NCBI GenBank assembly: GCA_016192685.1
Contig: JACPTS010000001.1
Location: 161,710 to 225,709, forward strand
DNA length: 64,000 nucleotides
Reading direction: 5' to 3'
From: Candidatus Harrisonbacteria bacterium
GTDB lineage: Bacteria; Patescibacteriota; Minisyncoccia; UBA6257; 02-FULL-45-10c
The notes under the pieces are model-generated. The model did no database searches. It worked only from the letters and a program-made list of their open reading frames with translations, and was not told the origin of the DNA. The translations under genes and the position numbers were made by a program. This document shows positions 39,051 to 47,472 of this stretch, in pieces (positions within the stretch are counted from its first letter, which is position 1; each line of letters opens with the position of its first letter).

Positions 39051-41703
39051 GTTTTAATTCGCCCTTAATAATCTTATCCGCCATTTTATCTATAATCACT
39101 TTTTGAATCAAACGCCGGAGCGGCCGGGCACCGTATTCCGGGCTATAACCATTTTCTATTAAATAATTTTTTAATGAAGCATCAATAACCAACTTCATTC
39201 CTTTTTCTTCAATCCTCTGCCTTACTTCTGCCAGCTGTTTCTCAACAATCGCTTCAATATCTTTTTTCTTAAGCGGATTAAAAATGATAATTTCGTCAAT
39301 CCGGTTCAAAAATTCCGGCTTAAAACTGTTTTTTAGCTCTTCCTGGATTTTTTCCTTAAAAACCCGACCACGCTCTTCCTGCTCGCCATCGCCGCCGCTA
39401 ATGGCATTAGCGGAAAAACCCAAATTAGCCATTTCTTTTAAGTAATGGCTGCCGACATTGGAAGTCATGATAATAATAGAATTTTTAAAATTCACTATCC
39501 GCCCCTTGCCGTCGGTAAGGCGCCCGTTATCCAAAACCTGAAGCAAAATATTAAAAACTTCCGGATGGGCTTTTTCAATTTCATCAAACAAAATCAAACT
39601 ATACGGGCGGTGCCGGACAATTTCCGTCAGCTGGCCGCCTTCTTCATAACCGACATAGCCGGGCGGCGAGCCAATCATCCGGGAAACCGCGTGCTTCTCC
39701 ATATATTCGGACATATCAATCCGCACCAGCGACTTTTCGTCATTAAACATAAATTCCGCCAGCGCTTTTGCCAGTTCGGTTTTACCGACCCCGGTCGGGC
39801 CGAGAAACATAAATGACCCAAGCGGACGATTTTCATCCGAAAGTCCCGCTCTGGCGCGCCGCAAAGCGCTGGATACCGCGCTGATTCCTTCTTTTTGGCC
39901 GATGACTCTGCCGGATAAAACCTCTTCAATTTTTACTAATTTTTCCCCTTCGGATTCCAGCATTTTCGTTACCGGAATACCGGTCCAGCGGGAAACCACC
40001 AGCGCCACATCTTCTTCATCAACGCTTTCTTTTAAAAACCGCTCAGCCCTATCAGCCCTATCAGACTTATCAGACTTATCAGACTTATTAACCTTATTAG
40101 ACTTATCAGTCCTATTAGACCAACCAGACTTATAATTCCGATTCTCAAAATTCTTGAAGTTTTTCTCGGCCAGCGGCAATTGGCCGTAAAGAATCTGGGC
40201 GACCCTTTCTAAATTGCCTTCCCGCTCGGCCACTTCCGCTTCCCGCTTTAAATCTTCAATTTTCTTCCGCAAATTATGCAAATTTTCAAAAGCGATTTTT
40301 TCCGCGTGCCATTTCGCCGATAAATCGTCATTTTTTTCTTTTAGCTCCGCGATTTCTTTTTCTACTTCTTTAATCCGCTTTTTGCTTTCGGCTCCGGTTT
40401 CTTTCAAAAGCGCTGACCGCTCCACTTCCAGGCGAGTAAGCGCCCGGCGGACTTTATCAATCTCACCGGGCAGGCTTTCCGTTTCTAAACGCCGCGCCGC
40501 GGCCGCTTCGTCCACCAAATCAACCGCTTTATCCGGCAAAAACCGGTCGGCGATGTATCTCGCGGATAAATTCACTGCCGCCAGCAAAGCCTCATCGCTG
40601 ATCCTAAGGCCGTGATGAATTTCATATTTTTCTTTAAGGCCGCGCAAAATCGTCAAACTGTCTTCCAGATTCGGCTCTTCCACTAAAATCGGCTGAAACC
40701 GCCGTTCCAAGGCCGGGTCCTTTTCAATATGCTTTTGAAATTCTTTTAAAGTAGTGGCGCCGATCGCGTGCAGTTCGCCGCGGGCTAAAGCCGGCTTTAA
40801 TAAATTAGAAGCGTCCACCGCGCCCTCTGCCGCTCCGGCGCCTACTATCATATGTATTTCATCAATAAAAAGAATGAGCCGGCCAGCCGCGTTTTGAATT
40901 TCTTTTATAAAAGCTTTTAAGCGGTCTTCAAACTCGCCGCGGAATTTCGTGCCGGCAATCAAAGAACCGATATCCAGCATTATAATTTCTTTATCCTTTA
41001 GGGGCTCGGGAACATCTCCGGAAACAATTCTTTGCGCCAATCCCTCAACAATCGCGGTTTTTCCAACGCCCGGCTCGCCGATTAAAATCGGATTATTTTT
41101 TGTCCGTCGGGAAAGAACTTGGATTACCCGCCTTAGCTCTTCATCGCGGCCGATTACCGGGTCTAATTTTCCATCGCGGGCTTTGTCCGTAAGATTGATG
41201 GCGTATTTATCCAAAACTTGAAATTTGCTTTCCGGCGTCTCATCGGTAACCCGCGTAGAGCCGCGAAGCTGGGCAAGAATCCGAAGCGCCGCCTCTCGTT
41301 TAAAACCGGCCCGCTCCAGTAAAATCTGGGCGGCGGAAGCCGTCTCTAAAATTCCGAGCAGCAAATGCTCACAGGAAATAAATTCGTCTTTTTGGGCCTG
41401 GGCAATTTTGGCGGCTTTATCCAAAACCTGCATCAATTCCTGCGACAAATACAGCTGGCCGACATTGGAAGCGGTAAAAATTTTCGGCAGCTTTTTTAAT
41501 TCTTCTTCAATCTGCTGGTCTAATTTATCCAAATTCACTCCGCTTCGCATTAAAAGCGGCTGGACTAAAGATTGGGTGTCGGGAATAAGCGCCGCCAAAA
41601 GATGGAGCGCCTTGAATTCGCCATGATTTTTTGCAGCAGCCAAGTCCTGCGCATTCTGAAGCGCTTCCTGCGCTTTAATTGTGAAACGATTGAAATTCTT
41701 CAT
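38977..41703 (-). CDS. clpB: ATP-dependent chaperone ClpB, with an in-frame low-complexity (KSD)n-like insert
   Basis: Clp N-terminal domain; two AAA modules ([24 protein letters not shown]); the middle coiled-coil; the ...VSRWTGIPV signature. The insert [34 protein letters not shown] is encoded by 9-nt periodic repeats at 40040..40135. Confidence 0.95.
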   Translation of the reverse strand: MKNFNRFTIKAQEALQNAQDLAAAKNHGEFKALHLLAALIPDTQSLVQPLLMRSGVNLDKLDQQIEEELKKLPKIFTASNVGQLYLSQELMQVLDKAAKIAQAQKDEFISCEHLLLGILETASAAQILLERAGFKREAALRILAQLRGSTRVTDETPESKFQVLDKYAINLTDKARDGKLDPVIGRDEELRRVIQVLSRRTKNNPILIGEPGVGKTAIVEGLAQRIVSGDVPEPLKDKEIIMLDIGSLIAGTKFRGEFEDRLKAFIKEIQNAAGRLILFIDEIHMIVGAGAAEGAVDASNLLKPALARGELHAIGATTLKEFQKHIEKDPALERRFQPILVEEPNLEDSLTILRGLKEKYEIHHGLRISDEALLAAVNLSARYIADRFLPDKAVDLVDEAAAARRLETESLPGEIDKVRRALTRLEVERSALLKETGAESKKRIKEVEKEIAELKEKNDDLSAKWHAEKIAFENLHNLRKKIEDLKREAEVAEREGNLERVAQILYGQLPLAEKNFKNFENRNYKSGWSNRTDKSNKVNKSDKSDKSDRADRAERFLKESVDEEDVALVVSRWTGIPVTKMLESEGEKLVKIEEVLSGRVIGQKEGISAVSSALRRARAGLSDENRPLGSFMFLGPTGVGKTELAKALAEFMFNDEKSLVRIDMSEYMEKHAVSRMIGSPPGYVGYEEGGQLTEIVRHRPYSLILFDEIEKAHPEVFNILLQVLDNGRLTDGKGRIVNFKNSIIIMTSNVGSHYLKEMANLGFSANAISGGDGEQEERGRVFKEKIQEELKNSFKPEFLNRIDEIIIFNPLKKKDIEAIVEKQLAEVRQRIEEKGMKLVIDASLKNYLIENGYSPEYGARPLRRLIQKVIIDKMADKIIKGELKHGGKAKISLTKSVAGAPEPVIATS

Positions 41704-41769
41704 CTACTTTTTAGTATAACATTTACATTATAGCAGTAGTTTTAGCACTCTGTCAATGGGAGTGCTAAT

Positions 41770-41980
41770 CGGCTCAGCCGGTAACTCTTTCCTCAACCCG
41801 TTTCGCGAATCCAGCGATTCGCTCACTTGTGCTCGTCGTTTCGTCGCTCGGTTTAAATTAAGAACGAGCGGACCATGCCGAAGCGACTGCGCGGGTTTCG
41901 GAGAAAAGTTACCGGCTTCGCCTCTTTATTGGGAAATTTAAAAATAAAAAAACCGCCAAACGAGTTGGCGATTTTTTTCT
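41770..41980 (+). ncRNA. putative structured small RNA of unknown class (long closing stem, internal hairpins, intrinsic terminator)
   Basis: GC-enriched; agccggtaactctttcctc (41776..) pairs with ggagaaaagttaccggct (41903..); internal hairpins gcgaatc-cagc-gattcgc and gctcgtcg...cgagcgg; terminator cgccaaacgagttggcg followed by a T-run at 41945..41980; no ORF. Not SRP, tmRNA or RNase P by motif. Confidence 0.3.
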
Positions 41981-41986
41981 AGACTT

Positions 41987-42223
41987 TTATAAACTATTCA
42001 AATCCGCTTCCGTGCTTTGAAGTTCTGCCTCCAAATCGCCAAAATCAGTGGCATTCAGTTCGGCTTCAATGGCAGTAGTGGTGTCATCCGCGCTAAGAGC
42101 TGGTCCGGCAATTTCCGAAACGCTGGGAGCGCTGGCTGGCCAATAGCTCCAGCCAAGCCAAGCCGCCGCGGCAATCACTGCCGCTACTACAACCCAAAGC
42201 CAAGTTTTTGATTTTTGTTCCAT
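41987..42223 (-). CDS. small membrane-anchored acidic protein (hypothetical)
   Basis: 78 aa; transmembrane helix WLWVVVAAVIAAAAWLGW. Confidence 0.35.
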   Translation of the reverse strand: MEQKSKTWLWVVVAAVIAAAAWLGWSYWPASAPSVSEIAGPALSADDTTTAIEAELNATDFGDLEAELQSTEADLNSL

Positions 42224-42260
42224 GTTGTTATTTGTTGTTATTAATTGTAGTCAATTGTTT

Positions 42261-43172
42261 TTATTGTGTTGGAGCTGGCGCAGTTTCAGTATTTTGAGCC
42301 GGAGCTTCAGCAGCTTCTTCATTAACTTTTGGAACGCGACCAAGAGTCCGGGTAGCCTCAACTACCGCCCTGTGTGCTGTCTGAACTGCTTCTCTTGCCG
42401 CTTTCAAATCTTTATTCAAAGCTTCGCGGGCAGCTGCCACCGCGGATTTAAGCGCATTTTCATCAGTAATGCCAATTGGATAAGTCTTTGCAAGCTGAGC
42501 TTCAAGCGCAGTCCGGGCACTGGCAATGGCAGTTTTGGCTTTTTCTATCGCAGTTCTTACCGCGGAAACATCTTTATCATTAGCCTCGGCCTTGTCCGCG
42601 CGCGCGGAAACTTTTCCAAGCAATTCTTCCAATCTAGTCAAAGTATTTAATAAATGATTGGTTTGCTTGGCGTTGATTTCCGTAAAGCGGTTATCTAATC
42701 GCTCCGCTGCCGCTTTTTTCTTTTCATCTTTAATTTTTTCTAATTTGGATTTTAATTCGGCTTTTTGCGCCTCACGCTTAGTTTTAAATTCTTCTTTGGC
42801 GGCGTCCACTTTTTGTTTAAAGACTTCTCTTTCTTTTTGAAGATTGGCTTTAAACTCGGTCTGCGCTGTTTTTACCGCTTCTCTTTTTTTAGTCACTAAA
42901 TTTCGGACTGCTTCTTTTCCTTTAGTGGCCGCGTTTTTCAAAGCTTCTCTCTGTTCGCCGGCCGCGGTTTTGACTGCTTCCCGTTTTTCGGCGACTGCCT
43001 CTTTCACGGCCGCCTTTCTCTCCGTAACTGCGTCTTTTGCGGCTTCCCTGGCTTCTGTCGCGGCAGTATTAGATTTGGAACTGTTATAATTCTTCGTTTG
43101 CGCGAAAACCGTCAAGCCATTGGCAGCAACTAAACTAGTTACTAAAATGCTGTTTATAATTAATTTTTTCAT
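42261..43172 (-). CDS. secreted Ala/Lys/Glu-rich amphipathic helical repeat protein (apolipoprotein/LEA-like 11-mer repeats)
   Basis: Signal peptide, then repeated EAVxxKREAVKTA-type units. Confidence 0.5.
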   Translation of the reverse strand: MKKLIINSILVTSLVAANGLTVFAQTKNYNSSKSNTAATEAREAAKDAVTERKAAVKEAVAEKREAVKTAAGEQREALKNAATKGKEAVRNLVTKKREAVKTAQTEFKANLQKEREVFKQKVDAAKEEFKTKREAQKAELKSKLEKIKDEKKKAAAERLDNRFTEINAKQTNHLLNTLTRLEELLGKVSARADKAEANDKDVSAVRTAIEKAKTAIASARTALEAQLAKTYPIGITDENALKSAVAAAREALNKDLKAAREAVQTAHRAVVEATRTLGRVPKVNEEAAEAPAQNTETAPAPTQ

Positions 43173-43181
43173 ATATAAACA

Positions 43182-44540
43182 TTATAACACGCGCATTAAA
43201 ACTTTAGTCAATCGGTCAATTTCAGCTTTGGTAGTCGGCCGGCCGAAAGTGAATCGCAGACTGCTCATCGCCCGCTCTTCACTATGCCCCATAGCAGTTA
43301 AAACATGCGACGGCTGGCAGGTACGCGCAGTACAGGCGGATCCCGGAGAAACCGCGAAACCGGCCAAATCTAATTTGATAAGCAATTCTTGCGCCGCACT
43401 GCCTGGAAAATAAAAATTAAGATTATTCGGATTTCTTTTTTCCAAATCTTCCGGACCGTTCAATTTTGCTTTGGGCGCGATTTTTTTCATCCGCGCCAAA
43501 AAATACTCCTGCAATTTCCGCAATCTCTTATTTTCTGAATTTCTTGATTTCTCAACCAATTCCACTGCTTTTCCAAATCCGACAATGGCCGGCACATTTT
43601 CTGTCCCGCCCCGCAAGCCGTATTCTTGTTGGTTACCACCGGTAATAATCGGATGAAGCATAAAACTTGAAGCATGAAACATTTCTTTTTGTTTCAAGTT
43701 ACGTGTTTCATGTTTCATGAAAAGTGCGCCAGCTCCTTTTGGCCCATAAATTTTTTGCGCCGATAGCGTCAGTAAATCCACGCCCAACTCATTAACATCG
43801 CAATTTAAATAATTGAAAGCTTGGACGGCATCGGTGTGCAGCAATGGATATGCCATTGCTGAACTTTTAACATTTAACTTTTGACTTTTAACTTCTCTAA
43901 AATTTCGGATAATCTCCGAAATTTTAGAGATTGGCTGAATAATTCCCACTTCATTATTCACATACATCGCGGAAACTAAAATAGTCCGCTCGTCCAACGC
44001 ATCTTTCAGCTTTTTCAAATCCACTAATCCATTTTTATCTACAGGCAGATAAACCACCTCTACGCCGTCTTTCTCTAAGTCTCGCGCGGTTTCTAAAATA
44101 GAATCGTGCTCAATAGAAGAAACAATTATTTTAGGTAAAAATGGTTCAGCTGTTTTCGTGCGGAAACTACGGAGCTCCGATTTGCTTGGTTCCGCCGAAG
44201 GCGGAAAATCGGAGCGAGGCGTAGCGGGCTCTCGCCGCTGGAGCGAGAGAACCGCGGTTCCGGTAGAAAATTGCTGAACCATTTTCACCGCGCCCCGCAG
44301 CGCCAAGTTATTTGCTTCAGTTGCTGAGCTCGTAAAAATTATTTCCCGATAATTTGCGCCAATAGATTTCGCAACGATATCACGTGCCTGAAAAATCGCT
44401 GCCGAAGCTTCCTGCCCAAACCAATGCAAAGCCCCGGGATTGCCGAATTTTTTAGACCAGTACGGCTCCATCGCCTTTTTCACTCGCGAGTCCAGCGGCG
44501 TCCCAGCCGCGTAATCAAAATAATAACGTTTCAGCCTCAT
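43182..44540 (-). CDS. iscS: cysteine desulfurase (IscS/NifS family, class V aminotransferase), with about 45-aa and about 14-aa in-frame inserts
   Basis: YFDYAAGTP, SSATEANNLA, LLHTDAVQA, SAQKIYGPKGAGALF, class V fold; inserts at 44141..44282 (GC-rich element) and 43650..43720, 43865..43900 (AT-rich repeats). Confidence 0.85.
   Translation of the reverse strand: MRLKRYYFDYAAGTPLDSRVKKAMEPYWSKKFGNPGALHWFGQEASAAIFQARDIVAKSIGANYREIIFTSSATEANNLALRGAVKMVQQFSTGTAVLSLQRREPATPRSDFPPSAEPSKSELRSFRTKTAEPFLPKIIVSSIEHDSILETARDLEKDGVEVVYLPVDKNGLVDLKKLKDALDERTILVSAMYVNNEVGIIQPISKISEIIRNFREVKSQKLNVKSSAMAYPLLHTDAVQAFNYLNCDVNELGVDLLTLSAQKIYGPKGAGALFMKHETRNLKQKEMFHASSFMLHPIITGGNQQEYGLRGGTENVPAIVGFGKAVELVEKSRNSENKRLRKLQEYFLARMKKIAPKAKLNGPEDLEKRNPNNLNFYFPGSAAQELLIKLDLAGFAVSPGSACTARTCQPSHVLTAMGHSEERAMSSLRFTFGRPTTKAEIDRLTKVLMRVL
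44141..44282. repeat. GC-rich multi-hairpin palindromic element, copy A (in frame within iscS)
   Basis: Closing inverted repeat atggttcagc/gctgaaccat; internal hairpins ctccgattt...aaatcggag, ttccgcc-gaa-ggcggaa, ctctcgc-cgctg-gagcgagag; conserved aactacgga, gaggcgtag, cgctggag, ccggt..atagaaa. Confidence 0.8.
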
Positions 44541-44592
44541 ATATATATGATAGCTTGAAATATTAATAAGAATAAGTTACTCTATCAACTAA

Positions 44593-45075
44593 ATGGATAA
44601 ACAATTATTTAACAGCTCTTTTGGCTTGAAATTGACCGCCGGCCAAGTCGTTCAAACCATATCAAAATTTATAGAAGAAGATCCTAAAAGGGAATATAAG
44701 ATTATTGTCGGCACGGATTCCGAAAAACGTTCGGATGATAAAGCTGACTTTGTAACGGCAATTGTAATTCACCGGGTCGGCAATGGCGGCCGTTATTTTT
44801 GGCGCCACGCGGAAGCCGCTCAAATCCATACTCTTCGCGACCGGATGTGGAAAGAAGTTATTTTTTCTTTAGAATTCAGTAAAGAATTGGTGGTGCTTTT
44901 AAAAGACGCGGGTTTGGAAAAATGCGGCTTTGAAATCCACGTGGATGTCGGCGAAAACGGCGCCACCCGTTCCATGATACAAGAACTGGTCGGGGCTATC
45001 CGCGCCAACAACTTTGAAGCCAAAACCAAACCGGAAAGCTACGCGGCCAGTAAGGTGGCGGACCGACACGTGTAA
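44593..45075 (+). CDS. YkuK/DUF458-like RNase H-fold protein (hypothetical)
   Basis: IIVGTDSE...FVTAIVIHRVGNGGRYFW. Confidence 0.35.
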   Translation: MDKQLFNSSFGLKLTAGQVVQTISKFIEEDPKREYKIIVGTDSEKRSDDKADFVTAIVIHRVGNGGRYFWRHAEAAQIHTLRDRMWKEVIFSLEFSKELVVLLKDAGLEKCGFEIHVDVGENGATRSMIQELVGAIRANNFEAKTKPESYAASKVADRHV

Positions 45076-45077
45076 AT

Positions 45078-45641
45078 ATGGATAAATTAGTCATAGACAT
45101 TGAAACCAAAAACACTTTTCAAGATGTCGGCGGGTATCAAAACCTGACCGACCTTCTGATTTCTTTTGTCGGAGTTTACTCCTACAAACAAGACGCTTAT
45201 TTGTCTTTTTTTGAACACGAGTTAGAAGATTTAAAAAAACTGCTTCAAAACGCCGGCTTAATAATCGGCTTCAGCATTAACCGTTTTGACCTGCCGATTT
45301 TAAATAAACATTTAAACATAAATTTAAACGCTATTGATAATATAGATATTCTGGACGATATTGAAGCAAAACTCGGCCACCGGGTCGGCCTTGATTGGCT
45401 TTCGCAAACTAATTTAAAAGTTGGAAAATCAGCTCATGGACTGGACGCGATTAAATTTTATAAAGAAGGCCGGCTGGAGGACTTAAAAAACTATTGCCTG
45501 CAAGACGTAAAAATTACCAAGGATTTATACGAACTCGGCAAAAAACAGGGGCATCTTCTGGTGCCAACTAATTACGGGGCGGAAATCGCCAAGGTGGAAT
45601 TTAATTGGCAGGAACGAATGCCGTTACAGACCCTATTTTAA
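45078..45641 (+). CDS. DEDDy-type 3'-5' exonuclease domain protein
   Basis: Exo I VIDIETKN; Exo III YCLQDVKITKDLY. Confidence 0.55.
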   Translation: MDKLVIDIETKNTFQDVGGYQNLTDLLISFVGVYSYKQDAYLSFFEHELEDLKKLLQNAGLIIGFSINRFDLPILNKHLNINLNAIDNIDILDDIEAKLGHRVGLDWLSQTNLKVGKSAHGLDAIKFYKEGRLEDLKNYCLQDVKITKDLYELGKKQGHLLVPTNYGAEIAKVEFNWQERMPLQTLF

Positions 45642-45670
45642 AAATTAAAAAAACCGCTTTGGTTGCGGTT

Positions 45671-46000
45671 TTATTTTTTTCTCTTTTTTAAATATCTCTC
45701 TTCTAATCTTTCTATCAATTCTTTGTCCTCCAGATAATATAATTCTCCGTCATCAAGAAAAAAATTGAGAATCAATTGACCGAGGCGCAAATCGGAATTT
45801 TTTAACCAAATCTTTTCCAATCTTTGCAAAATTTCCCTGATTCGCGCCGGATTGCGCCCAGGCCCCGAATAATCTTTTTCTAATTTCTTCCAAACTTTTT
45901 CAAAGTCAGAAAAATCAGCTCGTAAACCCTGATTTTTTATCGAGCAGGTAGGCAAATGCCTATCAGCAAATCCGCAAGGACAAAAATTCTTTTTTGCCAT
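45671..46000 (-). CDS. hypothetical protein with N-terminal Cys cluster
   Basis: 109-aa ORF; CPCG...C motif. Confidence 0.3.
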   Translation of the reverse strand: MAKKNFCPCGFADRHLPTCSIKNQGLRADFSDFEKVWKKLEKDYSGPGRNPARIREILQRLEKIWLKNSDLRLGQLILNFFLDDGELYYLEDKELIERLEERYLKKRKK

Positions 46001-46023
46001 TAAACCTCCTTCAAGAAACTAAA

Positions 46024-47421
46024 TTAGACTATAATCAACTTTTTCAGATTTTGCAACTCCTTATTTAAAATATTTTTATCCGTCGATTCTATATTCAAAC
46101 GCAATAAATTTTCTGTATTGGAGGGACGAAGATTGAACCAATAATCTGAAAACTCTATTGTAAGCCCATCTAAACTTAGAATCTGCTTTGCTCCTTGCCG
46201 ATATCTCATTTCAACTGCCCGAAGAACTTTTTCTTTATCCCGAACTTCAAAATTCAGCTCGCCGGAGCGGTAGTATCTCGGCAATTTATCCAACCAACTG
46301 GCCAAATCCCCCTTCAAGGCAGAAACAAAATTTATTACTTCAATCGCCGCTAAAATTCCGGAATCGCAGTAAAAGAATTTTTTAAAGTAGTAATGCCCGG
46401 AATGTTCCAATCCTAAAGAAGCTTTCTTCTCACGCATTAATTTTTTGAAAAAATAATGGCCGACTCGAGAAATAATCGCGCCTTTTACTTTAATGCGTTT
46501 GCTGGATACTACTCCTACCACATAAGGCGATGGAAAAAGTTTTGTTAAAATATAAGCGCTTTCGTTCGGGTCAATCCACCGGCCGCGATTATCTATAAAA
46601 AATACCCTATCTCCGTCCGCGTCAAAAATCACCCCCAGATCGGCCTTTTGTTTTTTTACTTCTTTTTCCAATTGGCCAGTTGCGCCTTTTAAAAGCGGAT
46701 TCGGCCCATGCGCCGGAAAATTCCCGTCCGGATTGTCATTTATAAAAATTGTCGTTAGTTGTTTGTTGTTAGTTGTAAGTTGCCGCAATATGCGGCCGGT
46801 TGTGCCATTGGAACAATCAAAAACCACTTTTAATTTTCGTTTGGGTTTTAAAAATTTTTTAAGAAAATAAGAATACAAGGATATATCGGATTTGCCTGCG
46901 TTTCGTACGGCAACTACGGAGCCGCCAAAAGATTGGTCTCGCCGAAGGCGAGTTTTGGCGGCGAGGCGTAGGCGCGCTCCGCCGCTGGAGCGGAGCGACG
47001 CCGGTGCCGATAGAAATGCAGGCGAAGCCGATACTAATTTCAAAATTTCCTTACCGCTGATTGGCCGCGCATTTTTACCAACTACCTTTAAACCGTTATA
47101 ATTTTTAGGATTGTGAGAAGCGGTTACCATAATCCCGCCATCGGCTTTCAATTTATTAACCAAAAAATAAAGCGTCGGGGTAGTCATAATTCCTACAGAA
47201 ATAACTTTTAACTTGTAACTTTTAACTTTTAACCCGCTAGTAACTGCTTTATATAATGTAGGTGAACTTAACCGGCCATCGCGGCCAACAATTATTTTTG
47301 CCCGCCCGCCAAAATGTTTCCCAACCGCCGCGGCGATTTGAAAAGCTGTTTCCTCATTTAATTCTTCCGGGTATTTCCCCCGGACATCGTAAGCTTTAAA
47401 AATTTTTGGTTCTATCGGCAT
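46024..47421 (-). CDS. pgm: phosphoglucomutase/phosphomannomutase (alpha-D-phosphohexomutase), with an in-frame GC-rich element insert
   Basis: KAYDVRG, IMVTASHNPKNYNGLKV, GVIFDADGDRVFFID, GLEHSGHYYF. The ORF-track start at 47550 is probably too early; MPIEPKIFKAYDVRG at 47421 fits the family. Confidence 0.85.
   Translation of the reverse strand: MPIEPKIFKAYDVRGKYPEELNEETAFQIAAAVGKHFGGRAKIIVGRDGRLSSPTLYKAVTSGLKVKSYKLKVISVGIMTTPTLYFLVNKLKADGGIMVTASHNPKNYNGLKVVGKNARPISGKEILKLVSASPAFLSAPASLRSSGGARLRLAAKTRLRRDQSFGGSVVAVRNAGKSDISLYSYFLKKFLKPKRKLKVVFDCSNGTTGRILRQLTTNNKQLTTIFINDNPDGNFPAHGPNPLLKGATGQLEKEVKKQKADLGVIFDADGDRVFFIDNRGRWIDPNESAYILTKLFPSPYVVGVVSSKRIKVKGAIISRVGHYFFKKLMREKKASLGLEHSGHYYFKKFFYCDSGILAAIEVINFVSALKGDLASWLDKLPRYYRSGELNFEVRDKEKVLRAVEMRYRQGAKQILSLDGLTIEFSDYWFNLRPSNTENLLRLNIESTDKNILNKELQNLKKLIIV
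46894..47012. repeat. GC-rich multi-hairpin palindromic element, copy B (in frame within pgm)
   Basis: Closing inverted repeat gcctgc/gcaggc; hairpins ccgccaaaa...ttttggcgg, ctcgcc-gaa-ggcgag, gctccgc-cgctg-gcggagc. The same conserved single-stranded motifs as copy A, with compensatory changes in the stems. Confidence 0.8.
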
Positions 47422-47472
47422 CGCATTTAAATTATAGCTTAATGATATAATAAAATTGAATTCCGAATTGCC

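Noticed and set aside
39445-41626. Multiple 60-130-aa ORFs on the plus strand inside clpB, and similar small ORFs inside other large genes
   Set aside because: They are antisense shadows inside a high-confidence conserved gene.
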